IMG/VR virus record: IMGVR_UViG_3300025263_000044
Length of the DNA stretch: 64,000 nt
Source: a virus
Strand: one strand, 5' to 3'
Each line of letters begins with the position of its first letter. The stretch's first letter is position 1. Below are positions 61,348 through 64,000 of the stretch, one piece after another. The translations under genes and the position numbers were made by a program. A model generated the notes under the pieces. The model was not told where the DNA came from, searched no databases, and was given only the letters and a program-made list of their open reading frames with translations.

Positions 61348-63627
61348 TTATTGCAGGTAGTCCGCAACGATAACGTCGGCATCATAGGCGGTAACCACCT
61401 TCTGGCCAGCCTTCGCCGGCGTGACGGCGCTTGGTAGTTGGCTGGAGAAGACGATATCCGCTTCATCCGGAGTCGCAACCAGTTCACCACGGGACTGGGC
61501 GTGGTCGGTCACCAGCGCTCCAATGGTCGGACGCAGTGGTGCCACAATGCCGCGCGCCAGCATGCTGGTCATGATGGTCGAAGTTTCGATTGCGTTAAAG
61601 CCGCTGCAGCGTGCTGGCAGGACCAGGTCGGCCCAAACGAACTGGCGGCGCGCCACATCAACATAACCCACCAGAACACGCTGGCCAGAGGCAGTCAGGT
61701 CGACCTTCTGGCGTACGGTGCGTGCGTCGTAGATGTCGCCGCTATCGCCATCGGCGCGGACTTGCCAGCCCAAATAGGCTTCAGGCATATCCGCGAAATT
61801 CTGCTGGGTGTACGCATACGCCAGGAGCGCCACGTATGCAGCACCTGGATACAGCTTTTCGAAATCGATGTCGATAAACTCGCAGGCGCCATTCGGTGCG
61901 GAAGTGATATCGCCGCTATGGGTCAAGCCGTCCACACGCAATTGGGTGAAGCTGCAGTGAGTCAGGTAGTTGAAGCTCTGGTCCAGAACCGCGCAGGACA
62001 GGTCCAGGTCGGTACGGCCGATGTTGTAGCGGTTGCCTTCGGTATCCAGGCCCGACTCGTTCCACCACAGGAACGCACGCATGATTGCTTCGTCGCCGAG
62101 GTCAATCCGCGAGCCGCGACCAACAGTGCGCAGCGCCTTTTGAGCCGTGCGCTGAGCGAATGGGACACTGAATCCGTGCAAGGCAGGGTCCACATAGACT
62201 TTGCCCAGGGCAGGGAGCTTCGCAAATCGTACGGCCAGTACCTCAGTTACCACATTGACGATTGTGTCCGCGTGGTCGTTGGATACGCGCTGCGCTTCTT
62301 CATTTGCTACCCACATGCGGCCGGCACCGGCTTTTGGCGCAAAGGCGCGAACGGTCACGGCGCCCAGCTCAGCTTGCATGCGCTGGCGCAGTTGGAGCAG
62401 AACCGGGGTCGATACTCGGTCGGCCACCATCGCGAATGCTTCCACAACGACGATTTTGTTCATGCCAGTAGCCTTGCGCACTACTTCATGCAGCTTGCGG
62501 GCGAACACGCCAGGGCGCTGTACCAGCAAAGCAATGGCATCCAGGGTCTGGCGGGACGCCAGACGTTTCTCCACCTTGCCAGCCCAGCTTACCGGCGCTT
62601 CTTTCTTGCGCAGTGCTGTGAAGCGTTCGAACGTGCGAGCGTAGCGGGTTTGATACTCCCCAGGGTGCAGGGCTTCGCCCAGGCGCAGCCATTGTTCACG
62701 GCGCTGGAACATTTCGGCCAGCACCGAGTCCGAAGGCTGTGCATCCAGCAGGCCGAGCAGCTGACGGCGCATGCCGCGCGACACCTTGGCGAAGCGCGGA
62801 GGTTTGGTCAGGGTCAGGTCGGCCGTCAGCAAATCAGGAGCGCAGACCGCTGCTGCCAGGCGGAGGACGTCGGTAGGAGTCTCGAACATGCGCGCGAAAT
62901 TGCCTGCACCGAAGGCCGATGGCGATACCTTAGCCAGCCATGCGCCGGCCAGTGCGCGGATTTCTTTCTGTGGAACAGTGCCGTCTTGCAGTGCCATCAG
63001 CAGGTGGCCAGGGAAGTGCCGGTCGAAATAGGCGAGCAGGTCCAGCAGGACGCTCTTATTTGCGGCCGACAGCGATGCGTTGCTGTTAAGCAGACGCTTC
63101 AACTGCACGAATACAGCTTTGTCTTCAGCCGCGGCCAGCACGGTTGGCTTCACTTTTTCCAGCTTTTTCAGCGGCGGGCGCTTTACTTCGGCGTACACCG
63201 GCAGGATGCGGATACCGAGCCAGTCACCAGCGTAATGCAGCCAGGCATTAACCAGTAGCTCCATGTCGGACGCGGCCAACACTTGAGCAGGGAAGTTCGG
63301 GTACATCGGCTGGAATACTTGATGGGCGCCCAATGCGCGCGTCAGCATGGTCACCAGGTTGGTGTGAATGCAGATGAGTTCTTCATCCGTCAGCCAGGCC
63401 ATACGCTGGATGACGTCGGTGCTGTAGACAAAGCCCAGCGACTCGAGCGTGAGCTGGCTATGCAGCACTTTGCCCAGATTTGGGCCAGGCGCGCGGCCGG
63501 CGCGGATTTCGCGCTCGACGACACGTTCCGGAGTAGGGAGGTTCAGTTTACCTTGGCGGAGCAGTGCCGCCAGGATGTTGTATTCAGGGGAGTTAACTGC
63601 GAATACTGCGGTAGCTAAGTTCAGCAT
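61348..63627 (-). CDS. TerD-domain fusion protein with a large N-terminal helical region
   Basis: C-terminal FLWW...DLDLSC...HSGDITSAP..ACEFIDID TerD motifs. Confidence 0.75.
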   Translation of the reverse strand: MLNLATAVFAVNSPEYNILAALLRQGKLNLPTPERVVEREIRAGRAPGPNLGKVLHSQLTLESLGFVYSTDVIQRMAWLTDEELICIHTNLVTMLTRALGAHQVFQPMYPNFPAQVLAASDMELLVNAWLHYAGDWLGIRILPVYAEVKRPPLKKLEKVKPTVLAAAEDKAVFVQLKRLLNSNASLSAANKSVLLDLLAYFDRHFPGHLLMALQDGTVPQKEIRALAGAWLAKVSPSAFGAGNFARMFETPTDVLRLAAAVCAPDLLTADLTLTKPPRFAKVSRGMRRQLLGLLDAQPSDSVLAEMFQRREQWLRLGEALHPGEYQTRYARTFERFTALRKKEAPVSWAGKVEKRLASRQTLDAIALLVQRPGVFARKLHEVVRKATGMNKIVVVEAFAMVADRVSTPVLLQLRQRMQAELGAVTVRAFAPKAGAGRMWVANEEAQRVSNDHADTIVNVVTEVLAVRFAKLPALGKVYVDPALHGFSVPFAQRTAQKALRTVGRGSRIDLGDEAIMRAFLWWNESGLDTEGNRYNIGRTDLDLSCAVLDQSFNYLTHCSFTQLRVDGLTHSGDITSAPNGACEFIDIDFEKLYPGAAYVALLAYAYTQQNFADMPEAYLGWQVRADGDSGDIYDARTVRQKVDLTASGQRVLVGYVDVARRQFVWADLVLPARCSGFNAIETSTIMTSMLARGIVAPLRPTIGALVTDHAQSRGELVATPDEADIVFSSQLPSAVTPAKAGQKVVTAYDADVIVADYLQ

Positions 63628-63639
63628 ATTTTCTCGCAA

Positions 63640-63830
63640 AACGGTCGTATATCGTAGAAACAGGCCGCTCGCAGGAAGTAATACGGGACGCCACCTTGGA
63701 CATCCCGGACCACCACAGCTAAGAGCAGGAGAGCGGGTTCACTAGTTCATCCAATTGAGTGTAGAAGGAAGCGAAACCCATAGCCTGCGTAACCCTCAGT
63801 GATTAAGCACTGCCTAAACGCTGATTCGAG
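63640..63830 (-). ncRNA. Candidate structured 5' leader RNA of the TerD operon
   Basis: About 200 nt between the promoter and ATG; 9-bp hairpin at 63684-63707; CCGCTC/GAGCGG enclosing stem. Confidence 0.35.
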
Positions 63831-63835
63831 ATTGA

Positions 63836-63864
63836 AGTATAGCTTCATAATCCAATCTCGTCAA
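63836..63864 (-). promoter_or_regulatory. Sigma70 promoter
   Basis: TTGACG-17 nt-TATACT on the minus strand. Confidence 0.75.
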
Positions 63865-63880
63865 GCTTTTTGTTAACTGC

Positions 63881-64000
63881 TTAGAAGCGCACCACCCCGG
63901 TAGTTTTCGCGCCGGTGCGGGTCATGGCGCCCAGGCCGCGCGCGACGACAAGCGACGTGTCACCTGACCAGGATTTCACGGCATCGTCGACGCTCCAACC
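63881..64000 (-). CDS. C-terminal fragment of a gene that extends beyond the window
   Basis: GWSVDDAVKSWSGDTSLVVARGLGAMTRTGAKTTGVVRF followed by a stop. Confidence 0.6.
   Translation of the reverse strand, partial: GWSVDDAVKSWSGDTSLVVARGLGAMTRTGAKTTGVVRF

Noticed and set aside
54514-63843. GCTATAC copies at 54514 and 63837 as members of the private promoter class
   Set aside because: Both continue as TATACT and have a proper -35 (TTGACA or TTGACG), so ordinary sigma70 promoters explain them

Overview
A gene-dense 64 kb segment of a large mobile replicon, most likely a megaplasmid or a jumbo phage/phage-plasmid. The GC-rich coding style suggests a proteobacterial, possibly betaproteobacterial, host (inference). 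No rRNA, tRNA, CRISPR array, virion genes or conjugation genes were recognised. Isolated housekeeping-like genes (RNase II/R, lytic transglycosylase, HU, TorF-like porin, NarL-type two-component pair, solo RuvB, class II-type ribonucleotide reductase, NAD-dependent ligase, PurA-like enzyme, TerD fusion) lie among dozens of short hypothetical ORFs. Main signals: (1) a recurring non-sigma70 upstream motif (G)CTATAC, seen in front of about 23 genes and often 32-36 nt before the ATG, alongside a separate extended -10 sigma70 class (TG-N-TATACT); (2) a Prs-like plus Nampt-like pair matching the phage NAD+ reconstitution pathway NARP1, with a nearby NrtR-like Nudix regulator and a candidate shared operator; (3) a tyrosine recombinase lacking its catalytic Tyr directly upstream of a PAS histidine pseudokinase; (4) a coupled MazG-like and minimal class II aaRS-like gene pair; (5) a perfect 21-bp inverted repeat between divergent genes; (6) two unrelated proteins that share the N-terminus MKPIVERIV; (7) a solo DndC-like PAPS-reductase-family gene. 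All family calls come from motifs read by eye; no database search was run.
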